DNA of 42,995 nt. It comes from an uncultured Phycisphaerales bacterium. GTDB taxonomy: Bacteria > Planctomycetota > Phycisphaerae > Phycisphaerales > SM1A02. How positions within the stretch are numbered: the first letter of the stretch is position 1; the number at the start of each line of letters is the position of its first letter. Position numbers and translations under genes: made by a program. The notes beneath the pieces were generated by a model that was not told the origin of the DNA, did no database searches, and worked only from the letters and a program-made list of their open reading frames with translations. The DNA lies in the NCBI GenBank assembly GCA_938084645.1, contig CALKEP010000017.1:1-42995 (forward strand). Reading direction: 5' to 3'. This document shows, in pieces, positions 10,276-18,878 of this stretch.

Positions 10276-10306
10276 CCGTGGATTCGAATTCGCGTCGACG
10301 TTCGGT

Positions 10307-11014
10307 TCAGTCGTCGTCGGCGCCGGCCGACTGCGCTTCGCCGACGGTCTCCCCCGCCGGGGTCGTCGACTCCACCTCGACGTGTTCCCCCGCGTCGTCG
10401 GCCACGTCCTTCTTCCTCGGCGAAGACGGCGCCGCGGGGCGGAGTTCCTTCGCCTGCGGAAGATCGTCCAGCGTCGCCAGGCCGAAGACCTCGAGGAACT
10501 CACGGGTGGTCCCGTAGAGCATCGGCCGACCGACCTCTTCGGCCCGTCCCGCGATCCTGACCAGACGTCGCTCCATCAGGCCCCGGAGGACCTCTCCGGA
10601 GGCCACGCCTCGGATCGATTCGAGGTCGGCCCTCAGGATCGGCTGGCGATAGGCGATGATCGCGAGCGTCTCGAGCGCCGCCTGACTCAATCGTGACTGC
10701 TGACGAACGCCCTTGAGCCGTGCGATGTCGGCGGCGTACGCAGGAAGCGTGAGGACCTGCAATCCGCCCGCCACTCTTTCGATCCGGAAGCTGCGATTCG
10801 CGGCCTCGTAGTCCGCGTTCAAGGCTTCGATCGCGTCCCTGATCGACGCCACCGGACCGGGCCCGACCGAGCCGTCATCGTCCGCCGCGTCATCGACGTC
10901 GCGAGCGTCGGCGAGCAGGTCGAGAATCGAGGCGATCTTCCGCTCGCCAAGTGGGCGATCCGCGGTCATCACCACCGCTTCGACCCGCAACTTCAAGTCA
11001 TGATCGTCGGACAT
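10307..11014 (-). CDS. scpB: SMC-Scp complex subunit ScpB
   Basis: LSQAALETLAIIAYRQPILRADLESIRGV and GRPMLYGTTREFLEVFGL..LDDLP. Confidence 0.93.
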   Translation of the reverse strand: MSDDHDLKLRVEAVVMTADRPLGERKIASILDLLADARDVDDAADDDGSVGPGPVASIRDAIEALNADYEAANRSFRIERVAGGLQVLTLPAYAADIARLKGVRQQSRLSQAALETLAIIAYRQPILRADLESIRGVASGEVLRGLMERRLVRIAGRAEEVGRPMLYGTTREFLEVFGLATLDDLPQAKELRPAAPSSPRKKDVADDAGEHVEVESTTPAGETVGEAQSAGADDD

Positions 11015-11203
11015 GCGTGCTTCTCGCGACGGAACGAGCGGGATCCGTGAATCGGTTCCCTCCGACTCGGAGCGTACCGCGCTCGAGAACAACCCGCCCA
11101 CGTTCGAGCGTGATGAAGGCGTCGACGACCCCCTCGAATCTCGATTCGGGAGGGCTCGATCAACATCACCATTCTGGAAAGCCTGCGGGAACCGTCGTGC
11201 GGA

Positions 11204-11617
11204 TCAGCCGGCCGAACCGGCGAGCGACAACGCCGCCGCGGCGACCTCGCGTTCGTGTTCGAGACGCTCGCGGGCCTCGGGGGAATGCGTTCCGGGTTCC
11301 GCGATCGCGGCCACGGCCGCGTCGAAACGCGACTTCGCGGCCGCCGGATCGATCTCGGCGACGGGGACGATCTCATCGGCCACGAGCACCAGTCGGTTGT
11401 CATGCATCTCGGCGAAGCCGCCGGCAAGCAGGAAGTTCTTCTCGGGACCCTGCTCGTAGCGGATTCGCAGACGACCGGCACCAAGCCGTCCGACGAACGG
11501 TGCCGCACCGGTGAGGATGCCGCGCTGGCCGTCCCATTGCGGGAACTCCACCTCGACGACCTCGTCGTCCAGGATCTGCTCGGAAGGGGTCACGATCGCA
11601 CAGTTGAAGTTCGCCAA
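11204..11617 (-). CDS. atpC: F0F1 ATP synthase subunit epsilon
   Basis: CAIVTPSEQI, P..DGQRGIL...APFV..L..G, GGFAEM..N...LVAD; TTG start. Confidence 0.85.
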   Translation of the reverse strand: MANFNCAIVTPSEQILDDEVVEVEFPQWDGQRGILTGAAPFVGRLGAGRLRIRYEQGPEKNFLLAGGFAEMHDNRLVLVADEIVPVAEIDPAAAKSRFDAAVAAIAEPGTHSPEARERLEHEREVAAAALSLAGSAG

Positions 11618-11703
11618 ACCAGATCTCCGTCGGCCCGGAGCGTCCTCTTCGGAAGACGGTCACGGGGACGGAACATGGTAGCGAATCCGAGCGGCGATCC
11701 CAG

Positions 11704-12321
11704 TCATTCCGAGGCGACGTCATTCCCGATGGACGAACCACCACCGAGTCGCCCGGATCGAAATGCCAGCTCGGCATTGGTGAATTCGGGGTCGTTGGTG
11801 ACTTCGCGATCGATGCACGCCGCCAGCCAGGCCGGAGGCCGGATCGCGAGGGCGGTTTCCCGGTCGATCGCCTCGACTTCCGCGAGGACCAGGGCCGGCG
11901 TCTGAAACCGGTCGATCTCCCAGAGGAGCCCCGCTTCCGGGATCCGCCATCGCACCTTCTCGATGCGGCGACCCGCCGTCCCGGCCCACGCCGCTTCGAA
12001 CGCGGCCGCGGTCATCGGCCGTTCGATCTCCCGGCGGACCAGACCCCCTCCACCCTTGAGCGTGTGCAGGTGCCGGACCCTTCCGTCGCTGGTGCGGATC
12101 TCGCGGATCCGACCGAGGCTCGGAACCTCGGAGTCGGAGGCCGCGCGCTGCGCCGCAGCCGCGAGGTCCGATTCGGAGGGTGCCCCGAGATATCCCTGGC
12201 GGATCTCCCAACGCTCGTCACCCGCGCCCGGAGGTCGGGCGGGATCCTCGAGCCGGGCCGGCAGTCGATGAAGGAGCCACTTTCGTTCGATCTCGAGCCC
12301 GTCGATCGGCGATCCGTTCAC
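11704..12321 (-). CDS. CYTH domain protein (triphosphate tunnel metalloenzyme)
   Basis: EIERKWLL, IRQGYL, TLKG, RREIE, IEKVRW, WEIDRF, LAEVE, EVTNDPEFTN. GTG start overlaps the holB stop (GTGA). Confidence 0.88.
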   Translation of the reverse strand: MNGSPIDGLEIERKWLLHRLPARLEDPARPPGAGDERWEIRQGYLGAPSESDLAAAAQRAASDSEVPSLGRIREIRTSDGRVRHLHTLKGGGGLVRREIERPMTAAAFEAAWAGTAGRRIEKVRWRIPEAGLLWEIDRFQTPALVLAEVEAIDRETALAIRPPAWLAACIDREVTNDPEFTNAELAFRSGRLGGGSSIGNDVASE

Positions 12322-13478
12322 GACGCACCGGCCATCGCACCGACGCCGAAGTCGTCCGCCATTCCGGCGACCAGTTCGGCCAGCACGAACTTCATGTTGA
12401 CGTTGCGCCCGATCTGGAACTCCGCGTCGGCGATTCGCTCGATCGCCCGTGCGATCCGTTCGACGGCCTCGTCGTCGCCGGCGGTCGCCGACGCGTCGAG
12501 TCCGAGCCGAAGCCGCGTCGCGAGCACCGCGGCGAGATGCGCGAGCCCCGCCTTGTTCGCCGCTTCCTTCGATGCACGCTTGTCCGCCTTGACAACGCTC
12601 TTCGCGTACTCGTCGACGAGCTCGTGAAGCGTGTCCGCGAAGTTCGCCGGCCACTCCCCGGCCTCGAGTCGGGCCATTCCCGGCGCGACCGTGGTGCTCC
12701 AGTGGAGCATGCCGCTCGATTCCGCCATCTCGAGTCGTCCGGGGCTCCCGTCCGCGAAGGCGAGAAGCCATTCACGACTCGCCCCGTCGACGGCGGCCGG
12801 CCGGCCGTCGAGCCACGCATTCATCGCATCTTCGTCGAGACCGCGGAAGCCGACGCGTCGACAGCGGCTTCGGACCGTCGGGAGCAGGCGCTCCTCCCGC
12901 GTCGTGACGAGGATGATCACCACTCGTGACGCCGGCTCCTCGAGTGTCTTCAGGAGCGCGTTCTGCCCGACCTGGTCGAGCAGCTCCGCCTCCTCGATGA
13001 TGAACACCCGCCGAACGCCCTTGTACGGCGTTCGGGCATGCACGGCCTCGTACTGCTTGCCATCGACCTCGCCGCCGAGCATGTGCTCGCGGAGCACGCC
13101 GATCGGGATGTTCGACTGCTTCGACGCACGAAGCCTCGTGGAATCACTGTCCGCCGCGAGTTCCTTCCGGATGACCTTGAGATCGGGATGGGTTCCGGCG
13201 TCGATCAACTGCGCCGCCTCGGAATCGAGTGGCGGTGCGAAGTCCTCGATCTCGGCGGGAGTCGGTTCGGGTTCGAGCAGGAGCCGCGCGAAACGGATCG
13301 CCGTCGACGTCTTTCCGACGCCGGACGCGCCATGAAAGATCCAGGCCTGCGGAACACGACCACCACGAAGCGCGACGCGAAGTTCGTCGACCGCGGACGC
13401 CTGTCCGAGGATCGGATCGTGCCCGCGCGGATCGCCCTTCGATCCGGGAACCCGCGGGAGGTCGTCCTTCTTCTTCAC
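12318..13478 (-). CDS. holB: DNA polymerase III subunit delta'
   Basis: ILGQ, AWIFHGASGVGKT, THPDL, VFIIEEAE, QNALLKTLEEP, LLPTVRSRC. GTG start overlaps the upstream stop. Confidence 0.85.
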   Translation of the reverse strand: MKKKDDLPRVPGSKGDPRGHDPILGQASAVDELRVALRGGRVPQAWIFHGASGVGKTSTAIRFARLLLEPEPTPAEIEDFAPPLDSEAAQLIDAGTHPDLKVIRKELAADSDSTRLRASKQSNIPIGVLREHMLGGEVDGKQYEAVHARTPYKGVRRVFIIEEAELLDQVGQNALLKTLEEPASRVVIILVTTREERLLPTVRSRCRRVGFRGLDEDAMNAWLDGRPAAVDGASREWLLAFADGSPGRLEMAESSGMLHWSTTVAPGMARLEAGEWPANFADTLHELVDEYAKSVVKADKRASKEAANKAGLAHLAAVLATRLRLGLDASATAGDDEAVERIARAIERIADAEFQIGRNVNMKFVLAELVAGMADDFGVGAMAGAS

Positions 13479-14440
13479 GGCGCCTCCGGAACCGAAACCA
13501 GCCTGCATTGCTGGGGGACCCGGGTCGAGGTGTCTCCGGGACGGAGCTCGATGGCCGCCTCCTCACCGTTGATCAGATGCACCGGAAAATCCTTGAACAG
13601 CGCTTCGACCTCCGGGGAGAACAGCGTGCTGCGTCCGTCATAGGCGCGGCTGTCGAACACCCCCACGGTGACGACACTCATCTCGGTCACGGAATCATGG
13701 TGGTACCACGCGTCGAAACCGCGCCGTCCCAGCTCGACACACTTCGCCTCAGCGGCATCCTGAACCTCCTGCCACGAGATCTCGTCGGTGCCGAACGTCC
13801 CCCAGCAGGCGACCTGCAGCGTGTAGAGCGGATCGACCCTCGGGTACATCATGCGAAGCCGACGCAGGTCGCGTTCCCCCATCGGAGAGTCATCGGGCAG
13901 CACGGAGAGGAATGCCCGCGGGAAGGCGGGGCGTCCATTGCGTTGCATCGACTTGATGCGATCTCGCGCCGCGACCGCGGCCGGATCCGCGGCGCTCGCG
14001 AACCGGCCGAGCCAGATCGCGGATCCCCGGCTCGTGGATCGGATGAAGATCTCGCGCAGTTCCGGGAAGGTTCGAACGATGTCCTCGCGAATCGACCGCG
14101 CCTGAAGCGGGTGGGCATCGCCTCCCACCGTCACCAGCATCAACGACCACCGACCGCGGGACCGGGCGTCGACGGCAGCCGGACCCGTCTCATCCCCGAA
14201 TTCGGATGCCATCGCCTCGGTTCGAGCGTCCAGGAAGATCTCATCCCCTTCATTCATGAGGCCAGCGGTCGCATTCAGGCGCCGTGGAGCATCGCCGCGG
14301 ACCGCGGAATCGCCCTTCTTGTCCTTCTCACCGCAGGCCGCCGGAAAAATCATCAAAATCGAAGTAATTGCGAGGACCGAGATACGACCCCCACGAATCA
14401 ACCCACGTCCGTGAAATATCGCGGCTCGCGATCGGGGCAT
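13475..14440 (-). CDS. Hypothetical lipoprotein, possibly with SPOR-like repeats; start uncertain
   Basis: Hydrophobic stretch ending PAAC (lipobox-like); YTLQVAC, SVVTVGVF and IWLGRF segments recall SPOR domains. Confidence 0.6.
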   Translation of the reverse strand: MPRSRAAIFHGRGLIRGGRISVLAITSILMIFPAACGEKDKKGDSAVRGDAPRRLNATAGLMNEGDEIFLDARTEAMASEFGDETGPAAVDARSRGRWSLMLVTVGGDAHPLQARSIREDIVRTFPELREIFIRSTSRGSAIWLGRFASAADPAAVAARDRIKSMQRNGRPAFPRAFLSVLPDDSPMGERDLRRLRMMYPRVDPLYTLQVACWGTFGTDEISWQEVQDAAEAKCVELGRRGFDAWYHHDSVTEMSVVTVGVFDSRAYDGRSTLFSPEVEALFKDFPVHLINGEEAAIELRPGDTSTRVPQQCRLVSVPEAP

Positions 14441-14584
14441 GGGGTGATTACGGGACACGCCGTTCTGATCGGTCATCGAGGCCGTCTCCAAGGGAACGCA
14501 CGGAAAGGAATCGACGCCCCCGGGGATTTCATAAATCCCTTCCAGGAATCGACTTGCGAGGCTCGGCGGGGAATCATACCCCAC

Positions 14585-14613
14585 TCAAGTAATTCGACTC
14601 AAGACGACGATAT
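14585..14613 (+). promoter_or_regulatory. Putative sigma-28 promoter of flgM
   Basis: TCAAG-N16-GACGATAT, compare Bacillus SigD TAAA-N16-GCCGATAT; 120 nt upstream of the ATG. Confidence 0.55.
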
Positions 14614-14733
14614 GAATGTCAGCACGGAGAGGCAAACGAACCCCCCCTCGCCTCCCCGCGTAGCGAAGCATCCAGGAAGCAGTTTCACCCCAGACTTGCG
14701 ACTTCACCCAGAGTCGCCGAGGTATCAAGACCC

Positions 14734-15036
14734 ATGTCCGACATCGCCAACATCGCCGGAAACCGTGGTTCGTCAGCGGCTCGCCTTCAGCGACCGGACG
14801 CCACCGAATCCTCACCTCGCCCCCAGGAATCCAAGACCGATCGATTCGGTAGACGATCCGAGGACGCCGTGGAGCTGTCCGCCCAGGCACGCCGATACGC
14901 GGGTCTTCAGACGCCTACCACCGAATCCACGGGCCGGATCGCCACGATCCAGTCCCAGATCGCGGCGGGAACCTACGACACCGAGGAACGTCTCGGTGCC
15001 GCGGTCGACCGCATGATCGATCACGTGCTCTCCTGA
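14734..15036 (+). CDS. flgM: Anti-sigma-28 factor FlgM
   Basis: 100 aa; DAVELSAQAR and RIATIQSQIAAGTY...LGAAVDRMI are FlgM hallmarks. Confidence 0.85.
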   Translation: MSDIANIAGNRGSSAARLQRPDATESSPRPQESKTDRFGRRSEDAVELSAQARRYAGLQTPTTESTGRIATIQSQIAAGTYDTEERLGAAVDRMIDHVLS

Positions 15037-15065
15037 TTTCGGCCGAAAGCACCGCAAAGACCACG

Positions 15066-15099
15066 AAACCGTCGCCCCCCCGGGGCGACGGTTTTTCTT
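15066..15099 (+). terminator. Rho-independent terminator of flgM
   Basis: AAACCGTCGCCCC-ccc-GGGGCGACGGTTT followed by TTCTT. Confidence 0.85.
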
Positions 15100-15206
15100 G
15101 GTGTCGGCCCCCTGGAACGCCGCCTGGACGCAACTTTTTCGTCGCTCGGGCCTACCATGAGTATCGGTTGCGTCAATGTCCGGACGGGGCCTCCAGGAGC
15201 ACCATC

Positions 15207-18200
15207 GTGAAGATTCGATTCCACCTCACGGCCCCGCTGTTGGCGGCGGCCATGGCGTTCTCTCCAGCGTTCGCCCAACACACCCCCCCGCCTGACGACA
15301 TCCGTTCTCCCGAGATCCGGCGCGACGCGCTGGTGGGCGTGACCGTCGTTCCCCGACCCGGTGAACGCATCGATGGTGCCACGGTCCTGCTGCGGGACGG
15401 CCTCGTCGAGGCGATCGGCGCGGATCTCGACGTCCCGGCGGGATATCGCGTCCGGATTCTCGATGACCACTTCGTCTACCCCGGCTTCATCGATCCTGCC
15501 GTGGTTCGCGGTGCGGGTTCGGTGCTTGATCAGGCCAAGTCCGCCGCCGGGAGTCACTGGAACGACCGGATCGTGCCTCAGGTCGACATGCGGAACACCA
15601 CGACCATCGACGCCGGTGGACGGAAGGCGCTCCGGGAACAGGGTTTCACGATCGCCCAGGTCCTTCCTCAGAACGGAATCCTGCGGGGAAGCGGCGCCGT
15701 GGTGATGCTCGCCGATCGAGACGTCGATGCCAGACCGCTCACCGAGGACGGCATGCTCTTCGCCGCCTTCGAGACGGGCGGCTGGGGTGGCTCCTATCCG
15801 GGATCGAAGATGGGCGCCATCGCGTTGCTTCGCCAGACGTTCGCGGAGGCCGACTGGCACGCCCGCAATCGGGCGATGTACCTCGACGATGCCGACGGCA
15901 TGGAGCCGCCGGAACAGTCCGATGCCCTCGACGCTCTCCAGGGCGCGATCGGCGGTGACCAGATCGTGGTCTTCGACGCCGACTCCGAACTGGACGCCCT
16001 CCGAGCCGCACGAATCATCGATGAATACGAATTGAACGGCGCCGTGCTCGGCTCGGGCATGGAATTCCGCCGGGCCCGGGAGATCGCGGAGACTGGCCTG
16101 CCGGTCATCACGCCCTTGAAGTTCCCCGAAGCCCCCGCGGTCAAGGATCCGTACACCGCGGACCGGGTCACGCTTCGTGACCTGCAGACCTGGAAGCACG
16201 CCACGTCGAATCCCCGTCGGCTTCTGGAGGCCGGCATTCCGGTGGCCTTCACCACGCATCGACTCGACAGCCCCGGCAGCTTCCACGCCTCGGTCCGGAA
16301 GACCATCGAAGCCGGCCTCGGCGCGGACGAGGCGCTCGCCTGCATCACGACCCGCCCCGCCCGACTCCTCGGCATCGAGGACGTCGCGGGCACGATTCGT
16401 TCCGGAGGCCTCGCGAATCTCGTCGTGATGGACGGTGAGATCTTCAAGGACGGTTCGAACATCCGCGAGGTCTGGGTCGCCGGCCGCCGAAGCGAAGTCA
16501 AGGTTCCGCCCCGGTTCCCGATCGGTGGTGAGTTCGACGTGCTGGTGGACGGCGAGACGATCGAAGGTCTCGAGGCGTCCATCGATCAGGACAAGAACCG
16601 ACTCGCGATCGCTCCGAAGAAGACCGAGTCGGAGACGGAAGAGGACGGGGACGCGGAACCCGAGGCGGAGGGCGATGACGGCGAAGCCGATCCCACCGAG
16701 GACGATGCCAAGCCGGTCCGGGAGGACCCGGTCTCCGGAAGCTGGGACTGTGAGATCGAAGTGCCCAACATGGGTGGACTGCCCGTGACCCTCACGCTCG
16801 TGCTCGACGAGAACGATCTCGTCACCGGTGGCATGAGCAGCGACATGTTCTCCGCCGAACTCGGTGGCCGGTTCGATCGTGCCGCCTCGACGCTCGAAAT
16901 CCGGATGAGCATGGAGGGCGGGCCGGGTGCCGAACTGCAACTGAAGCTCTCTGGAGATCGACTCGAGGGCAGCAGCGAAATGCCCGGAGGACGTACCGCG
17001 AACCTGACCGGATCGAAGGTCGCCGGCATGGAGGCCGACGAGGACTCCGATGGAAAGCCCGAGCGCAACCGCAAACCCGGCGGACTGCGGAACATCAAGG
17101 TCGGAAACCGCGGCGTCGGGTTCGCCGGCGACGGCGGCATGTTCGGGCTCGAGGGCGACGTGGTGGGAACCGCGGTGATCGTCGAGGATCGCCTCGTGGG
17201 CTCGCTGCAGACGCTCGACGGACGCTTCGTCCCCTTTGAACTCGTGCCTCGGATGTCCGAGGAGACGACCGAGGAGATGGAGCCTGGTGACGGCCGGCCC
17301 GAGGACGACGAAGCGGACGAGGCGACCGAGGACGACGTCAACGAGATCGAACCGCTCGAAGCCCTCCCCGTGCCACTGGGCGTCTACGGCCGGATCGAAC
17401 CGCTGCGACAACGCAACGTGCTGATCCAGGACGCGACGATCTGGACCGCCGGCGACGAGGGCGTGATCGAGGCCGGTGACCTGCTGGTCGTCGACGGACG
17501 CATCGTCGGCGTGGGAGTCGATCTGGAAGCCCCCGCCGGCGTGACCGTGGTGGACGGCACCGGACTCCACCTGACGCCCGGACTCATCGACTGCCACAGT
17601 CACACCGGGATCTCGGGCGGCGTCAACGAAGGTGGTCAGACCAACACCGCGGAGGTTCGGATCGGCGACGTCATCGATCCCGACGACATCGACTTCTTCC
17701 GGCAACTCGCCGGCGGACTCACCGCGGTGAACCAGCTCCATGGATCGGCCAACCCGATCGGCGGACAGAATTCGGTGGTCAAGCTCCGCTGGGGCGGAAC
17801 CGTCGAGGACATGAAGTTCGAAGGCGCGAAGCCGGGAATCAAGTTCGCACTCGGCGAGAACGTCAAGCGAGGCAGTGGCTACCCCGACACCCGCATGGGG
17901 GTCGCCGCGTTCATCGAGGACGCCTTCCAGGCCGCACTCGAGTACGACGCCGCTCGCGACGCGTTCGCGGCGCTTCCGCCCGAGGAACAAGCTCGACGAT
18001 CCCCGCCGCGTCCCGACTTCGAGCTCGACGCCGTGGTCGAGATCCTCGACGGCGAACGGATCATCCACTGCCACAGCTACCGACAGGACGAGATCCTGAT
18101 GCTGCTCCGTCTCTGCGAGCGATACGGCGTGCGGATCGGCACGCTCCAACACATCCTCGAGGGATACAAGGTCGCGGACGAGATCGCCGCGCACGGAGCG

Positions 18201-18878
18201 GGCGCCAGCAGCTTCAGCGACTGGTGGGCGTACAAGATGGAAGTGATGGACGCCATTCCACACAACGGGGCGTTGATGAACGAAGTCGGCGTCCTGGTCT
18301 CCTTCAACTCCGACGACGATGAACTCGCCACCCGGATGAACGACGAAGCCGCGAAGGCCGTCCGCTGGGGCGGACTCGATCCGCACGAGGCGCTGAAGTT
18401 CGTCACGATCAATCCCGCGCGGCAGCTTCGAATCGACGATCGAGTCGGCTCGCTCGAACCGGGCAAGGACGCCGACTTCGTGATCTGGAACGCCGCTCCG
18501 CTTTCGAGCTTCGCACGATGCGAGGAGACGTGGATCGACGGCATCCGCTACTACGACCGGGAAGAGGCGGCGGAGATGCACGCCGAAGCCATGCTGGAAC
18601 GCGGAAAGCTCCTCGCCAAGGCGTCGGGTGGCGCCACCGGCGACGAACCGGAAGCCGGTGAACGACCCGGCCGCCGCGGCCGACCGACCGGCTTGCTCGC
18701 CCGAATGCTTCAGGACCGGGAGAACCTGCTTCTGGAACGCGTCGCCCGTGGTGAGGATCCCGCGGCGATCAAGGCCGGGGAGTGCGGATGTGGTTCCGCC
18801 TCGATGATCGAACTCGCCCGGAGCCTCGCCCGGGATCGTGCCCGTCTCGAAACGCTCGAATCGGAGGAATCCCGATGA
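15207..18878 (+). CDS. Large secreted amidohydrolase-family protein with two amidohydrolase domains and a central insert
   Basis: Signal peptide; N-domain YPGFIDP...ITTRPARLLG...G.LANLVV; C-domain TPGLIDCHSH, IHCHSYR, SFNSDD, TINPARQL, GSLEPGKDADFVIW. GTG start after AGGAG. Confidence 0.9.
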   Translation: MKIRFHLTAPLLAAAMAFSPAFAQHTPPPDDIRSPEIRRDALVGVTVVPRPGERIDGATVLLRDGLVEAIGADLDVPAGYRVRILDDHFVYPGFIDPAVVRGAGSVLDQAKSAAGSHWNDRIVPQVDMRNTTTIDAGGRKALREQGFTIAQVLPQNGILRGSGAVVMLADRDVDARPLTEDGMLFAAFETGGWGGSYPGSKMGAIALLRQTFAEADWHARNRAMYLDDADGMEPPEQSDALDALQGAIGGDQIVVFDADSELDALRAARIIDEYELNGAVLGSGMEFRRAREIAETGLPVITPLKFPEAPAVKDPYTADRVTLRDLQTWKHATSNPRRLLEAGIPVAFTTHRLDSPGSFHASVRKTIEAGLGADEALACITTRPARLLGIEDVAGTIRSGGLANLVVMDGEIFKDGSNIREVWVAGRRSEVKVPPRFPIGGEFDVLVDGETIEGLEASIDQDKNRLAIAPKKTESETEEDGDAEPEAEGDDGEADPTEDDAKPVREDPVSGSWDCEIEVPNMGGLPVTLTLVLDENDLVTGGMSSDMFSAELGGRFDRAASTLEIRMSMEGGPGAELQLKLSGDRLEGSSEMPGGRTANLTGSKVAGMEADEDSDGKPERNRKPGGLRNIKVGNRGVGFAGDGGMFGLEGDVVGTAVIVEDRLVGSLQTLDGRFVPFELVPRMSEETTEEMEPGDGRPEDDEADEATEDDVNEIEPLEALPVPLGVYGRIEPLRQRNVLIQDATIWTAGDEGVIEAGDLLVVDGRIVGVGVDLEAPAGVTVVDGTGLHLTPGLIDCHSHTGISGGVNEGGQTNTAEVRIGDVIDPDDIDFFRQLAGGLTAVNQLHGSANPIGGQNSVVKLRWGGTVEDMKFEGAKPGIKFALGENVKRGSGYPDTRMGVAAFIEDAFQAALEYDAARDAFAALPPEEQARRSPPRPDFELDAVVEILDGERIIHCHSYRQDEILMLLRLCERYGVRIGTLQHILEGYKVADEIAAHGAGASSFSDWWAYKMEVMDAIPHNGALMNEVGVLVSFNSDDDELATRMNDEAAKAVRWGGLDPHEALKFVTINPARQLRIDDRVGSLEPGKDADFVIWNAAPLSSFARCEETWIDGIRYYDREEAAEMHAEAMLERGKLLAKASGGATGDEPEAGERPGRRGRPTGLLARMLQDRENLLLERVARGEDPAAIKAGECGCGSASMIELARSLARDRARLETLESEESR

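Noticed and set aside
15021..18581. 1186-aa minus-strand ORF
   Set aside because: Antisense shadow of the amidohydrolase, typical of high-GC codon bias; no motifs.
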